Notes: generated by a model not told the origin, from the letters alone. DNA of 64,000 bases from Klebsormidium nitens (GCA_000708835.1 DF237069.1:124001-188000); one strand, 5' to 3'; positions 1 to 12,902 are shown, numbered from the stretch's first letter. Numbers and translations are program-made.

Positions 1-2370
1 GCGGCATTGACTTTGAGGGGCGGCCCATAATGGTGGTGGTCGGCGCGCACTTCATCCCCCGCTCCATCAGCCTAGACAGGTTCATCCTCCATTGCGTCAA
101 GGTGCGCTCGCTGCCCGCCGTCTTGGCCCGTATCTCACCAATGCTTCGCGGTGCTGATTATGATCCACTTGATCGTCGTTGTGCTTGGACAATGCAATCT
201 CAGCACGCTATAAAAGCTCTTTTGGTTCGAGGCAGTTGCAAAACAGGTAGTGCGCTTTTGCTGCTAGCCTGCAACTTTGGGTGGCCTAACCTGTGCATCG
301 GTGTTCAAGCTTGGAGCCAGTGAAAGAGAACACCGAACCTGTTGTCAGCAAGCTATAATCTCTCTCGTTCGAAAAGCGGTCGAGATGGATTGGCCCTTGC
401 CAAGTGCAATTTCAAAGCATTGTTAATGAGGTTAATGACATGTTTTTTCTCGAGTTTCCGCAGGAGTTCGAGCCGATCTCCCAAAAACCTTTCAGCATTG
501 TGTACATCCACTCCGCAGTCTCCTACGACCAGTGAGTACCCCTTGCATATGTGGATCTTGATTCGATTCTAGAGGCTTCGAAGAGTGTCTTGGTCTGCTT
601 TCGATAATGTGATAATTCAGTCTTTGGAGAAACTCCATTTTTGGCTGTCAAAGACAGTCTCGTCCTCGATGCTAGGATTCGTCTAGGTGTACGTGAATCT
701 GCGGCTGCATCTCCCGTTGATCGAATCACGAACCGAGGGGTGTGTTTCACTCCGAGTTCTGGACCTTTTCAAGAGCTTAGGCTTCCTTTGGGCTCATCCT
801 TTGGTCTCGATCTCGTGCTGCAGACAGCCTGGCATCACGTGGCTGGAGAGGCTGGAACAAATCCTTGGTCGAAAACACCGAGCCAATCTCCGGGTGAGCC
901 TCGTCCCCCCGCCTGCACCTGCGCCCCACTTTGTTTGACGCAATCCGAACAGGAGATAGAAAACGCGCTCTGAAAGCCCTATCATGCACACAGGCGGTGC
1001 CCAGAAACGTTAAGACCCGCCGGCACAATTGTATGCACGAAAACGCCCCTGCTCAGTCACTCGGGATGCAACCTTCCGCGTCCCTTTGCTTCTCCCAATG
1101 CGCAGCTTTCGCGATCCCGTTCTTTTTTGCTTCCTGCAGCACATCTACATCCTCCACCCCACCATCAGCTTGAAGGCCGGCCTGCTGCTGCTGCAAACGT
1201 TCGTCCAGCCCGAGGTGCGCCATTGGCTCGCTCACATTGTGCCGTGTGTTCTGTGCGTCCTGGGCCTTGGGTCGCTTACGCGGGCGAGTCGACGGCATAC
1301 CATTGCAAACCCTCAAGACAGTACTCAAAAGTGACGTCAGAATCTGGTATGTGACGAACTGGGAACGATTCCAGACCGGTTTGGCGACGAAGTGGCGACA
1401 ATCATGCGCCAAAAGTCGTAGTGACGGTCTAGTCACGTGCTTTTACGGTGCTGTTTTGTCGCTGAAGAAAGACAAGGGATTGAAGGTGTCGCTTCGGCGC
1501 CACTTTGGTATCGAATAGTACGGGGTTCGGTGCGGTTCCACAAGGCGCTCTGTTCCGGCTCCTTTATCATGATCTACCTCGGAGTCAGGCTGTCGATGTC
1601 AAAACCTCGACCTGTTGAAGTTCCGATTTGCCGGAGCACCTGCGGAGAAAATTTTATCAGACGGATCGTTGGGCTCTTGTCACTTCGAACCAATTGGGGT
1701 GCAGGGTCGATCGGAGATTCGCACAAGATGATCTCGAGCCGAGTGCATCCTATTGTTGCTGAGCTGCCCAGCCTATGGATTGGGGTTATGTAACGCTCGC
1801 AACTTTGCTGGCTTCGCAACAAGTAGCCGGCTGCCCCTGAACAGCCCTTGTGTGTGCCCAGGTGTGGAGCAAGGTGATCTACATCGAGCACCTGGGGGAC
1901 CTGTTCCGATACGTGCAGAAGGAGCAATTGTCAGGCATCCCCGACTTTGTGCTGCAGTGAGTAGCCTTCCATGCAGCACTCTGATTACACCTTGGAACCT
2001 TGATTCTTCAACTCTGGGCCTGCCCTCTTCTCTGGCGTTGTCAAGTTTTTCTTGTAAGATATTTCTACTGCTGTCGCAAAGGTGGCTGCTGGAATCTGTC
2101 TATTATTCTCTCAGGAAAGAAGTTGCAGAATGTCAAGATTAGCAGGTAAATTGTCAGAAACTAAAGAATGTTGCTGCAAGCAAAGCTCTTTTTGTTCCTG
2201 AAGTTTCTGCTCTGTTCGCTGCAGGCATGACTTGGAGATCTCGGGAAGTAAAGACGCCATATTGAGCGGGGCTGTCAAGAACCGTATACGACGAAGTCAA
2301 GAATGGTTGGGCGACCGCTGAGCCACCGCTTGTTGCGCGCAGCATTTCTCATGTACAGAACCGAGTGTAA
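1..2370 (+). CDS. GDAP2: 3' part of GDAP2-like (macro + CRAL-TRIO/BCH) protein; 5' end lies outside the window
   Basis: Phase-consistent GT-AG exons 1-101, 464-531, 824-893, 1140-1214, 1862-1956 and 2225-2370 translate to GIDFEGRPIMVVVGAHFIPRSISLDRFILHCVK-EFEPISQKPFSIVYIHSA...WLERLEQILGRKHRANLR-HIYILHPT...VWSKVIYIEHLGDLFRYV...IPDFVLQHDLE. This closely matches the CRAL-TRIO C-terminus of plant GDAP2/appr-1-p processing proteins as recalled. Stop TAA at 2368-2370. Confidence 0.88.
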
Positions 2371-4158
2371 GTAAGATGTTCACATTACCCTGACAAAATA
2401 AAGCAGACGTGTCTGCTCCTCACTTGGAGATATAAAGGTCCGACGATTGTCACGAGTTTCCCGCTGCTCAGTTAAAAGGGCCGCACACCCACCACTTGTA
2501 TATGCATGGCTCAATAAGCGCAGTCCATTTTCTTCCTTGCAAGTACACAGTATAGGTTGTGTATGGCTGATACATGCGCTCAGGCTGGATCGTGCTTGCG
2601 TTGCTCACTTTAATTGTGCAATTATCACGCAAACGGATATTGAAGTGTTAGCACGCTGTCCGCGCGGTCGATGCGAGACCAGGAACGAATCATGCTGTGA
2701 AATATGTCCCTATAGGGTGTACTTTGATAAAATTCATTGCGCATGCCAGGGTGCCGCCTGGCATGCATGGCTGGTCAGTGTGCACATCGTCGAAATGCGT
2801 GACTTGTTGTGCAGATTGTATATCTATCTAAGATTCAATGACGGACTGCAACTTTTGTTGCATTGTCCGTTTCCATGCCTCAAGTTATCCATGTCACGCA
2901 AAAAGAATATATGCATGCCGGCGCGGCGCGCTGCCCAGCCTGCTGAGGCCGGCGGGAATTGATTCCATAATGTTAGAAATCTGGGGGTGGCCCGGCAGGC
3001 TTGCATGCGTATAGGTGGACGCAACGATCGAGATTAGTACTGCACATGCCAATGAGTCCTGCACGGGCCCGGCCATATATGCATTAGCCGCAGCATCAGT
3101 TGGACATGATACAGTCACTCGCGAGCACCGTGCACGGACGTTTCAGTAAATGGAGAGTCAATAGTGAACTGCAACGTATTGAGAAACCACTCGCATGGCC
3201 ACTCATTTGCTCCCCGTTTGCTGTAATGACCTTCCTATCCGTTTTCCTTGACCTGCCATGATCAATGAAAAAGAACAAAGTTCTTTGATACCTCCGTTCA
3301 ATGCAGAATCGAGGGGGCAAGGACCGCGTCATGTCATCTGATCAGATCGAGGACGTTGCGCCTTCGCTGCGATCCGGATTGCTCTTCGCGTTGCTCATTT
3401 TGCTGACGCTTACTCGACAGGTGTGCAAAAAAGGTTCGAGTATGCCCGCACTAGATGAGCCGGCCACTCAGTGCCGGCTGAGCTCTACGTCGATTCAGCG
3501 TTGGTTCGACTCTTACCTTGTTGGTGCGCAATGTCAGAAAGATGAACTAGAGTGTGCCCAGTGCAAGGCTTCAGTTATGTAGATCGCGGTACATACTTTT
3601 GCAAATGTGAATTGTGACTCGGACCTCTTTCGAAGTTTCGAAAGGAGAATGGAGAATGGCCATGCAGTAGTCTTGACCCGATCTTTGACCGACTGCGATT
3701 CGGAAGAGACGACAAATGTGGAGGAAAGCGAAGATCCTGCTGCGAAGATGTGAGCAACAGCCCGCACACGTCGAATATGAGAACAACAGGGCGCGCAGGA
3801 CGCGTAAGGGAGCTGTATAGGAGGGTGCATGAAAGACGAGCGCGGCGCCATATTCGGCTAAGTGCGCCTCTCGATCAAGGTCCAGGCGTTAGTAGATTCA
3901 GAGTGAAACATTCTGACCCGGGCTCCTCGTTGAGGAACCTTTTGAGCGGTCTTCGATACTTTTGCGAAGATCAACCTGACATAATTCTGATCAGGTGCAT
4001 CTTGCACTTATCTCGCTAAGGAATCAATCTTGAGGACTGAATCAAAAGGACAAATGGCTTATACATCGTGCAGGCAGTGCAGCAATGAACCAATATCGCA
4101 CTGCTTCGTTTGAGGGGCTGAAAGAAGGGATCAGGCTAGCAAGGCTGGTCTCGAAAAC

Positions 4159-6759
4159 ATGGAGGAAGGTGCCAGTTTTATCCTCAGGTTACCAAGCGAG
4201 GTGCAATTGAAGATCCTTGACATGGCTGAAGATTCTGAGGCCAACAGACGATGTTACGAATTGTTTCCACTCGGTCCTATTTGGGCCAGGTGCAGGTGGG
4301 CCAAGCTCGCTGTTGTTAGCCGATTGTCACCAGCGCCTATAAGTCCTTTTATCAGCTAGGAAGTTTATGTGATCAAGGCAGATGATTTTATCGTTGATCC
4401 TGTATGTAGGTGCTTGTAATTGTCCGTTGACTTGGACCTTGACGAATGTTAGCACAACCTGGCTGTTTGGTTGTTCATGCAATGACGTTGGTCTACCAAT
4501 CTTGAAAATAGTATTTGGGGGCTGAGCGTAACAACCATGACCAATGCCTTCAAGACAAAGTTGTAGATGTTGATCATCCTACTAAGCGGATGCCCTTCAA
4601 CCCTGATATCTAACCATGCTTCCCTTGCAGCTTGGTTTGCAAACAGTGGCGTGACTTGTTTGAGAGTCGCCATCCTTGGCCTCATTTGACCCTCCGGATC
4701 ACAAACCGAGCTGCATTCAGGTCTGATGGAGAGAAGCAGAGCAGATTGATAGAATGCATGCTGCGGTTCCTTCCAATATGCATCAACAAGATTGAAAGTT
4801 TGAAGTTCGGCTGCGACGAACTGGACGAGAGCAAAATGGTGGAAATCATGCATCAGGCTGGACCGGTCTTGAAGAAAGTCGATTTTAGCTCCCCGGTAAG
4901 TTTGCCGTGTATATTCTCAGGTTCCAACATCCTTCGCACATTCATAACCTGGGTTTCAGGGCTTGTAGCATTCGATGGTCGTTCTCTCCTGATGATCAGA
5001 AACCACTATCTCCTTCCGAATAACCGGGCCTATTGCACTTTTATTCCTTTTGAATAAACACAGCAGTTGCATGCTCGCAGACTATTTGGTTACTGAACAC
5101 TTGGAAAGGTCTCGTCAAGTAGATACGAATCCAGTGATTATGAGTGTCTTACAGGGCCGCCAATTCGGACCTGGTATGGTCGATTGGTTCCGAAACTCTC
5201 CCCACATCAGAGAAGTGCACACAGCGTACAGCAAGCCGCGCTTGGAGCATATGCCGCCCTACCTGGAGGTCGCGAACTTCTCGAGTGCCACTCACATTAC
5301 ACCAGAGGGTTTGGAACGGCTTGCTGCCATCAGAAACTTGAAGTTAAGCTCCTGCTCCAGGGCCGCAAACGGTGCAAGTTTTGGGGTGACGCTGAAGCTC
5401 GAAAAAGCCAACGCATGGCATTGATGCAACAACCACCAGCTCTGATCAGGTTTTGCCGTCAAGCGCGCAAGCCATAGCCTCCCTCTCTCTGCTTCTCGAG
5501 TGCTCAGACTGCTCTACTTGCGTGTTCCAGAGTAATTTAACATGGTGCACTAAAGCACGTCTCCTTCCATAATGAAACGTCACGAGATTACCGTTGCTGA
5601 CCGTTCATTACGACCAGGTACTCAAACTGCAACCATATGTGACCGGTTCGGAATACCCTGAGGTCCTTGACTGCCACGCGCACATCGACGACCTTGCCGT
5701 GCTTTCTCAATTGGTCAACTTGGAGGAGCTCGAGATCATACGCGTAGTCATCTACTCTGTTCCCGACTGGCTTGGAAATTTGTCGCGCCTGAAAGTGAGT
5801 GTCAAAACAATCTAGTCTTGGAAATGCTGTTCGGTTACATACGAAGATGTTGATTGTCGAACAAGTTCAGATTTGATTGTTCACAAGTCCCAAGCTTTGA
5901 ATCTAGTGGCCTATTTAGTGGATCCCTTGTGAGAATTCGGCTTGTGTTCGTGAGGTATGATGATGCTCATTTGGAGCAGATTGCGTGGATCAGGGCACGT
6001 CTGTTTCGAAGCTTGCAGGCGCTTTTACCAGATTTTGAGGATCTAAGTTTCTCACATTGGTCGATCGAATCAGCTAGGAAAGACTCGTCAAATCAAGTTC
6101 ATAAAAGTCCCACCCATTCGCTGTCGTAGGGCCCCGACACCCACTCATCGTTCAAGAGATGATATCAAATAACGAAGCTGCGGTCATAAAATCCTCGTGT
6201 GCTTTGTCTTTTCCATCAGGCAGTGTACCTGAGCAAGTTCGTGCCACATCACGCCCATCCTTACTTCAACCTGCACCGTCTGGCCCACATCCAGCAGCTC
6301 AAGCTTCGTTTCGTGAACGAGATTCCCACCGAACTCGCTGCCCTTTCCAATCTCGAACTCCTCATGATGGACGCCTGGCGCTCCGAGCTGGACTTTGGCT
6401 CCCTGAGCACGTGCCCGAAGCTTAAGGTCATCACGATCGACAGCAGTAGGAACCTGCAGAGCGGCTACATGACAATCAAGGGTTTGGAGAAGGTTCCGAA
6501 TCTGGAGGCATTCCAGTATTTGCCAGAGCATTTGAACGGAGACATCGTGCTGGGAGAGGGCGGCCTGATCAACTTGAAGAATTTTGTTGCCACCGCGGGA
6601 GCAGGGCGTTTGCTGCTTGAGGGATCCCCCCAGGCTTTTGAAAGATTGTGCCACGGGGCAAAGAAGATCGTAATCAGCATGCATGACAAGAGTGCGACCG
6701 ATGAGAAAATCAAGGTGGGGATTCAGGGCATACTCCGAGCGGCGCGAGCCTCGGTGTGA
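4159..6759 (+). CDS. F-box / leucine-rich-repeat protein (spliced)
   Basis: Exon 4159-4289 (ILRLPSEVQLKIL) splices to 4631 to give WASLVCKQWRDL, an F-box motif. Later exons (~5155-5390, ~5618-5795, ~6221-6759) carry LRR-like segments (LSQLVNLEELEI, LGNLSRLK, LAALSNLELLMM, LSTCPKLKVITI, LEKVPNLEAF). Internal exon borders are only partly resolved. Confidence 0.75.
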
Positions 6760-7787
6760 ACATGGAACCAAGCATGGGCTTTGGCGGATTAATCACCTCC
6801 ACACATCCGGTGCTTGGGAAAGGCTCAATCCTCCAAATCGACAATTCAGGGCAGTACTTGAAAGATTTAGACAATCTGTAAGTTTGTTCAAGGTGATGCA
6901 CTGAAACTGTTGCATGAAGCGTACGTACGCGTTAACGCGGCAGGATGCGGCTTTCAATTGTTGACAGCAGACTCCAGGTGGACTGTCACATGTGGTACCA
7001 AGACGCAAGCTGACTATTAATTTATCAGTTCAATTCGTGGTCTAGATCTAGGCACTTGATTGCGCAAGATGTATGAAATTGCAAATCTGCTTCTACTGAT
7101 ATCCATGCTTGCAAAGGGCTACCTGAGGTCGGACTCACCTGCGTTCCCCTCATCGAGCTTCGTACAGCAATATTCTACATATAGGACATAACACCACGAG
7201 TTCCGTCGCAACCAGATCATGTGTCCGGAGGAACATGCTTTGTACGTGAACAGTGCGTGCAATTGCAGCACTCAATCGAAGTGACTGCATTCTGTTCCAA
7301 GCACACCGGATCCGAAATATAGGGCATGAAGACTCAAATATGCATGAGCTAATTGAGAATTAATGCGACATTCTTGGTGAGACTGAACTCTATGCATCGA
7401 AGGAACTGCGTGCTTGTAGCCAAACTTCTTTATACATCCATTTTTCTCGACAGGATATAGCCGCAGGCTTCATTTTGACACGTACATATGTTCCAGGCCT
7501 CCCGGGGCGCTGCTACTATGGTCCGCACTGTACAAGGCTTAATGTACACTGGCCACAGACCTGACAATGCTTTCCCGTCCACCAGTGAAAGCAACGGCGT
7601 AATCATCGACTGTAAGCTGGCTGATAGAAACCAAGTTCGCTTGAGCGACTCGAATGATGAAGCTTCACTTCACATGGTCTTTTCTAGCTTGGCTTGTTAT
7701 CCTCGATCACCGTCCGGGTGACGGTGGTGATCCAGCCGTCAGCCTGGAGATCTTACAGACAAAAGTCACTTTTGTACTTTAGACGCG

Positions 7788-10700
7788 CTACCTCCTTTCC
7801 GCTATCTCTGGTGTGCCAGGCGACGTGTCCCCATCAGAGACCACCACTGCCCCCGCTTCGTCGCCTGGGGCCCGTCTCCGCACCAACCGCCTGGCCTCGC
7901 CCCCGTGCTTCTGCTCACCCCCCGAGTCGCTCGCCTGCCCCTTCTTCCGGAGCAGCTCCCAGTACGCCGCGGGCTGCCGTCCCGGCCCGGCCTCTGCCGG
8001 CGCCGAGCTGCCCCTCCGGGCCCGCACCCGCCACCCGGCCTGCTCCTCGTCCTCACTGTTTCCTCCACTGACCTCGTCTTCAACTAGCGCACCGGCCAGA
8101 CTATTCTCGTATCCTCTTTCGTGGGGGCTTTCTTCCGACGGCGCCGGCCAAGCCATCGGCGATGTGCTTGCGTCCTGACCTGCGTCTTGCGAACGGTCGG
8201 TTTCCTTCGCCGGCGCTGGAGCCTCCTCGAAGCTCCACAGCTCCGCGCTTTGCGGCTCGAGCGCCTCCCCCGACAGCAGGTCCACGACATCGATGCGCTC
8301 CGCTGAGCGCCGCCGTCCTGCGTCGTCGCGGTCACTCTCTCTCCACCCCGTGCGGATCGAACTTGCCAACTTTTCCGACGGCTGCATCGAAACAAAAGGC
8401 CCCAAAAGGTCGTCCTCCTCCCGTCCTAACTGCACCTTCGCCACCCCCACTGTGCTGCCTGCACCTCCCGTCTCCTTCACTAACCTCTGCCCGCCCTCCG
8501 AGCTTTCCTTGGAAACAGTTGGTGCGATCGCGTGTACCCTTTCTTTCTGAGTCTCCGCTGCCGCTTGCTTTCCGACTTTCTCCATCAATTGCCCGGCCCC
8601 GTTTCCCACTGCCCGCTGTTCGTTCTCCTCCCCCTCCCCTGAAGACGAGAGCTCTTCCGACGAGAACCCGGGGGCCTGCGGCTGGGGCGGGTGGCGCGCC
8701 GCATGGGAGGGGCGGGGACCCCGGGTGCGCACAAAGTGCAGCTTCTTGCCCAGCCCCGACCCGGAGACAGCAATCGGGTCGCCCATGCGGACCAGCAGGT
8801 GAGTCAGCTTCAGCGCGCCGTACTCGGCCAGGAAGAGGGGCCTGCCACAGAAAACCCCACACATTTAACCAGCAACGAAAGGGTTCAGAAATAGCAACGA
8901 AACGTTGCGGTCACAGGAGGGACTGTGAAGGCATGAAGAGGCACAATCCCCGTAGGAGAGACAGTAGGAATGGTCCACCAGATGTAAAGAATAGGCCCGA
9001 TAATGTCAGAGCTACAATGACACAATGGAGAAACGAGGCCACATTCAGACAGGTCATAGATATCTGGTTTTAGGTTACTCTCAGCTACGCTCATACAGCG
9101 CTTCCTACATGTCTAAATTGCTTTAGTAGAAGCCGAACATGGCCAAAGCCCACACCTTGTACCTTCACAGCGATTTCCCCCCACCTGCCATACACCTTGC
9201 GATACTCGGTGGGCACTTTGACGAGGTCCAGCGGCCCCCCGTTGCGTGACAGCAGGTCCACCAGCTGCGCCTTCAGCCCCTGCAAATCCCCCGGCCGCGC
9301 CCACTCCCCGTCACCGCTCGATTCAGGCACGCTCCGCACGGGCTGTGGTCTCCCCTTCTCACTGCCCTCAAGTACGTACCCCCTGCCAGAGTCAGCCTCG
9401 ATTGCTGCCCAGGCGACTCCACCCCGTTTTGCTTCGCTGAGGAGGTTGTGGTGAAAGGGATTTGTCTTCGGATTTCCCTCAGGAAGATCCCCTTGGGGTG
9501 CCGCAAGGCCCTCGCTCTGGGCAGGGTGTCCGTTGAAAGGCGCGCCTGACGGGGGCGATCCGTCAACCGTTGAAGCGGAGCGGAGGAGAGCAGCAGTCGG
9601 AATGAGCCGCTGCTGGGGTGCGTTTGATGGCTGCGGACCGATCCAGGTGCGAGACGGGTGGCGTGCCGCAGTGCCCCGTACCCAAGGGGGTGTCTGTGTA
9701 AAGGCAGGGCTGCCGGGGAAGGAGAAGGGCGGAAGGGGAGAACCTGAATGACCAGGAGACATGGTCAGTAAGAGTTCGCTTCGTCCGGCCGTCACCACTA
9801 CCGCGACACGACAACACAGGGGAGGCATCTGCGAACAATACCACGAAAGCTGGTAGCAAATCCTCTGAAGAACTTCAAAAGCACCGGCAAATCGGACCCG
9901 ACCCAACCCGTAACATCTTCCAGCCATAACCAGAGGGAAACTGCTCACCCTCATTCGGTGCTCCTGATGCAGGCCCCGCATCCCCACTATAGTCTGGACT
10001 GTGGGCCGGCAACAAGCCCTGCCCCCGCGCAAGAGCCGGCCACTGCCACACACAGCTGGCGGCATTGGACAGCGCCAGCGACACGCCTTGCCCCGTGCCA
10101 GCCCCATGCGCCAGCACAACGGTGTACCCTCGCTGACTCAGCTTGTGCAGCGCAGCTGAGAAATCAACGTCGCCCTGGCCACGTAACAGTATAAATGTGA
10201 GTAAAAACCAGACTAGCAGTGCTTGGCTCAAGGCAACAACGTAATGGTGGATCGCCCTAAGTAACCAAGTAAGATGAAAAAGAGCTGCAGGCATGAACGA
10301 CCGTCCAAAAAGGTATACACGCAACCGGGTCAAATAGTCAAAGTAGGGCCAAGGAAACCTACCGAAATGAGGAAGATAGTCGAGGGGGGCGGGTGATCAA
10401 TTGCAAACCTGAAGGCAACAAGCATCCATCATCAAAAGATGACTAAGCCTCTCAACACCTTCCTTTCGTTTTAACCGCACCTGCCCTTGTTGAGACTGCC
10501 TGATTCAAGCCTGGTCAATGTACTGCATATTGCAAGGCGGAAGAGCAGACACAATCCTTTCATGACAAGTGTCAAGAGAAGGGCTTCGAACAAAGTAACT
10601 TAGTAGTCAAAGAGCGATGCTTACAAGAAGAGGTCCACTAAGATGGCCTTGTCTGCTGCATCTTTACGACCGCTGGGCACGTCAATCAGATTCACGCCCG

Positions 10701-11383
10701 TGCGCTGGCAGCCCTCCCGCAGCTTTCGGGGGAACTGCACATTTTAAAAGCTTGTCACTGACGTTGAAAAGCACACAAACTGCTCTAGCTCTGCCCACAG
10801 GTCCTCTCCTTCTGAGAGACTCTTTCTGATATGGTCTTCTGGAAAACGAGGCTACCAAAGAATACACAGAATTCTTTCGAGTTTGCGGTTTTTGAAGCCT
10901 GTCCACCAGAAGGTGCCCATGCACGAGGCTGATAAAGACAGCAGCCAGCACCTGATTGAAATCTCCATACGCAGAGAACACTGTGACGGGTCCGCCGACG
11001 ATCGGGTGTGTCTTCAGCGCCAAGCAGATGTTAACAGCCACGTCCTCAGACCGCACGTCGTTTGGCACCGGGCAATTCTGCACAGCACAAAAACTTTTGC
11101 TTTAGACAGTGGAGATATGGGTTGCTTTAAGTGATCGAGTGTCATGAATAGACTCAAGATCAAGAAACAAAGGTTGTGCTAAAGCTTCTCTCAAAGTTTG
11201 CCCCAGGGGAATAAGCAACAGAGTGCTTCTGTAGCAACACAGGTGCTTCCTCAAGTGGAGATGTTGATATAAAAGGACACCCAAGAATGCTGGCAAAGAA
11301 AAACAGCAAGCCCTTCTCACCTCTATGTCCCAAAGAAGCCCAACAGGCTGCCTCGCCATCCGGTCCGATCCAGCCATAGCCAT
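7788..11383 (-). CDS. NYN (PIN-like) domain endoribonuclease with OST-HTH/LOTUS domain (MARF1/At2g15560-like)
   Basis: Spliced exons give VGLLWDIE-NCPVPNDVRSEDVAVNI...FSAYGDFNQ-FPRKLREGCQRTGVNLIDVPSGRKDAADKAILVDLFL-FAIDHPPPSTIFLIS-GDVDFSAALHKLSQRGYTVVLA, with the NYN acidic motifs intact. A LOTUS-like segment LKAQLVDLLSRNGGPLDLVKVPTEYRKVYGR-PLFLAEYGALKLTHLL follows, then a low-complexity acidic tail. Stop at 7788. Confidence 0.88.
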
Positions 11384-11781
11384 TGTTTCCCAACACTTTT
11401 CGAAAGGACGATTCTGATGCAGAACGTCTGAGGTGCCTTATCACAGAGAAACCTATATGCTTATCTGTGGCAAGAGGTGACCAAGAAACTTGCTTGTCAG
11501 AAACAACAAAAAATTTACTGAGATATCCGGGCCACTTCACAAGCTTACTACCGCCTGTCTAACGAGCCCAGGGCCGCAACAAACGGTGCCTGGCAAATGC
11601 TGCCCCTTATAAAACTTCAGAAAGCGTCTGCAACGCTTCCCTCACGTCCCAGCTCCCTACCAGTATTTGTACTACGGAACTTCTGCTCCCTCTCTCTCTG
11701 CTGGCACCCAATGTTGCCAGTGCAGTCTGCAGCACAGGACTGTACAGGTGCGCATGTGCTCCTCCTCCCTTCTTCCCGAAC

Positions 11782-12533
11782 CAACCCAGACTCACGGCCC
11801 GTTTTGAGAAAACCTCTCGAAACACCAATTTGAAAGTTTGAGTAAACCTCTCAAAATACGGCGATCAATTTTGGACAAATCGTTCGTATCCGGTCGGGTC
11901 ATTTTGGAGAAAATGCTCAAAACTGCGTCGTGCGATACGAACAAATTGTTCAAATTTGCGACCGGGTCCGTCCGGGTCTGCCGTCGCGACGTACGGGTAG
12001 TTTTCAAGAGATCTCCACCGTCGATGTAGGTGGACCATCGCGACCCACAACATTGATCGCGAAGACCGCCGGCATCGCGGTACATAAAGGACGGTACCCT
12101 TATGGGTGGTTGGTCGGGGCGGCGGGCGACCGCAACTTCCCGGGGACAACGGACACTTCCCTCTGGACTAGTAGTTTAGGGACCGTGGCACCCGAGAAGC
12201 AACCGGGCCCTGCCTGTGACATTAAGGTCTCGCGGGCAACCCTGGGACAACCGGGCACTTCCCAAAAGCAACCGGGCCTTCCCGCTTTAGGGTTACACCA
12301 CTGCGAGTGACAACCGAGCAAGTCCTTTTAGTTTTAGTGTGTGCCCGGGGCTTCCACAAATTCGAACCTTTTCTTCGAATGGCGCAGCTAGAATACGAGC
12401 GATTTGATCAAAACTCGATCGGCTATTTCGAGCGATTTGTTCAAAACCCGGCCGGCACTTTTGAGCATTTTGTCCAAACCGACACGGCTGGTGTTTTGAG
12501 AGGTTTTCTCAAAACGGGCGTGAGACTGGGTTG
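11782..12533. mobile_element. Non-autonomous TIR DNA transposon (MITE-like), 752 bp, with 7-bp target-site duplication
   Basis: Left TIR 11782-11827 (CAACCCAGACTCACGGCCCGTTTTGAGAAAACCTCTCGAAACACCA) matches the reverse complement of 12489-12533 with 2 substitutions and 1 indel. Identical CCCGAAC flanks at 11775-11781 and 12534-12540. Subterminal TTTTG/CAAAA-rich repeats at both ends; no transposase ORF. Confidence 0.88.
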
Positions 12534-12713
12534 CCCGAACTGAGCTCGAGAGTGACGTGGGCACACGGCTTGACTTCAAGGTGACGTCCCTTCAGCCGCG
12601 TTACAGAGACCAAGGAAACGCAAGGTGGGCGCCACGCCGACAAAAGCTGGGCGAGTTGCTGTAACGCTAGACACGTTATGTGTGATCGAGGGATGATCAA
12701 GCGTGCTGCTCTA

Positions 12714-12722
12714 AAACCCTAA
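12714..12722 (+). promoter_or_regulatory. Possible telo-box (AAACCCTAA) about 200 bp upstream of the APE2-like ATG
   Basis: Exact AAACCCTAA motif in a promoter position; function is inferred from plant telo-box biology only. Confidence 0.3.
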
Positions 12723-12793
12723 ACCTCTGGAAAAGGGCTGGAAACCATGCATGACCAGCTTCTGGGTTTCACTTTAGATGCATGCGCGCTCAG

Positions 12794-12902
12794 TTCCATT
12801 ATACTGAAAGTAACGTTCCTTCATATTGGCATTGCATTTTTGGCTGATTCCATTATACTGAGAGTACGTTCCTTCATATTGGAATTGCATTTCTAGCTGA
12901 TT
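12794..12902 (+). repeat. Imperfect ~54-bp tandem duplication just upstream of the APE2-like gene
   Basis: TTCCATTATACTGAAAGTAACGTTCCTTCATATTGGCATTGCATTTTTGGCTGA at 12794 and TTCCATTATACTGAGAGTACGTTCCTTCATATTGGAATTGCATTTCTAGCTGA at 12848. Confidence 0.9.

Noticed and set aside
2741-2766. Perfect 10-bp hairpin GCATGCCAGG-N6-CCTGGCATGC
   Set aside because: Too short and isolated, with no TSD, Helitron CTRR end or RNA-gene context; plausible by chance.
2447-2962. 171-aa intergenic ORF
   Set aside because: TTG start, no motif and no splice support; lies downstream of the GDAP2 stop.
7800-10119. Many long overlapping ORFs (e.g. 8162-9073 +, 8332-8862 -, 7813-8178 +)
   Set aside because: These are shadow frames of GC-rich exons of the NYN-LOTUS gene; they are Pro/Arg/Ala-rich with no motifs.
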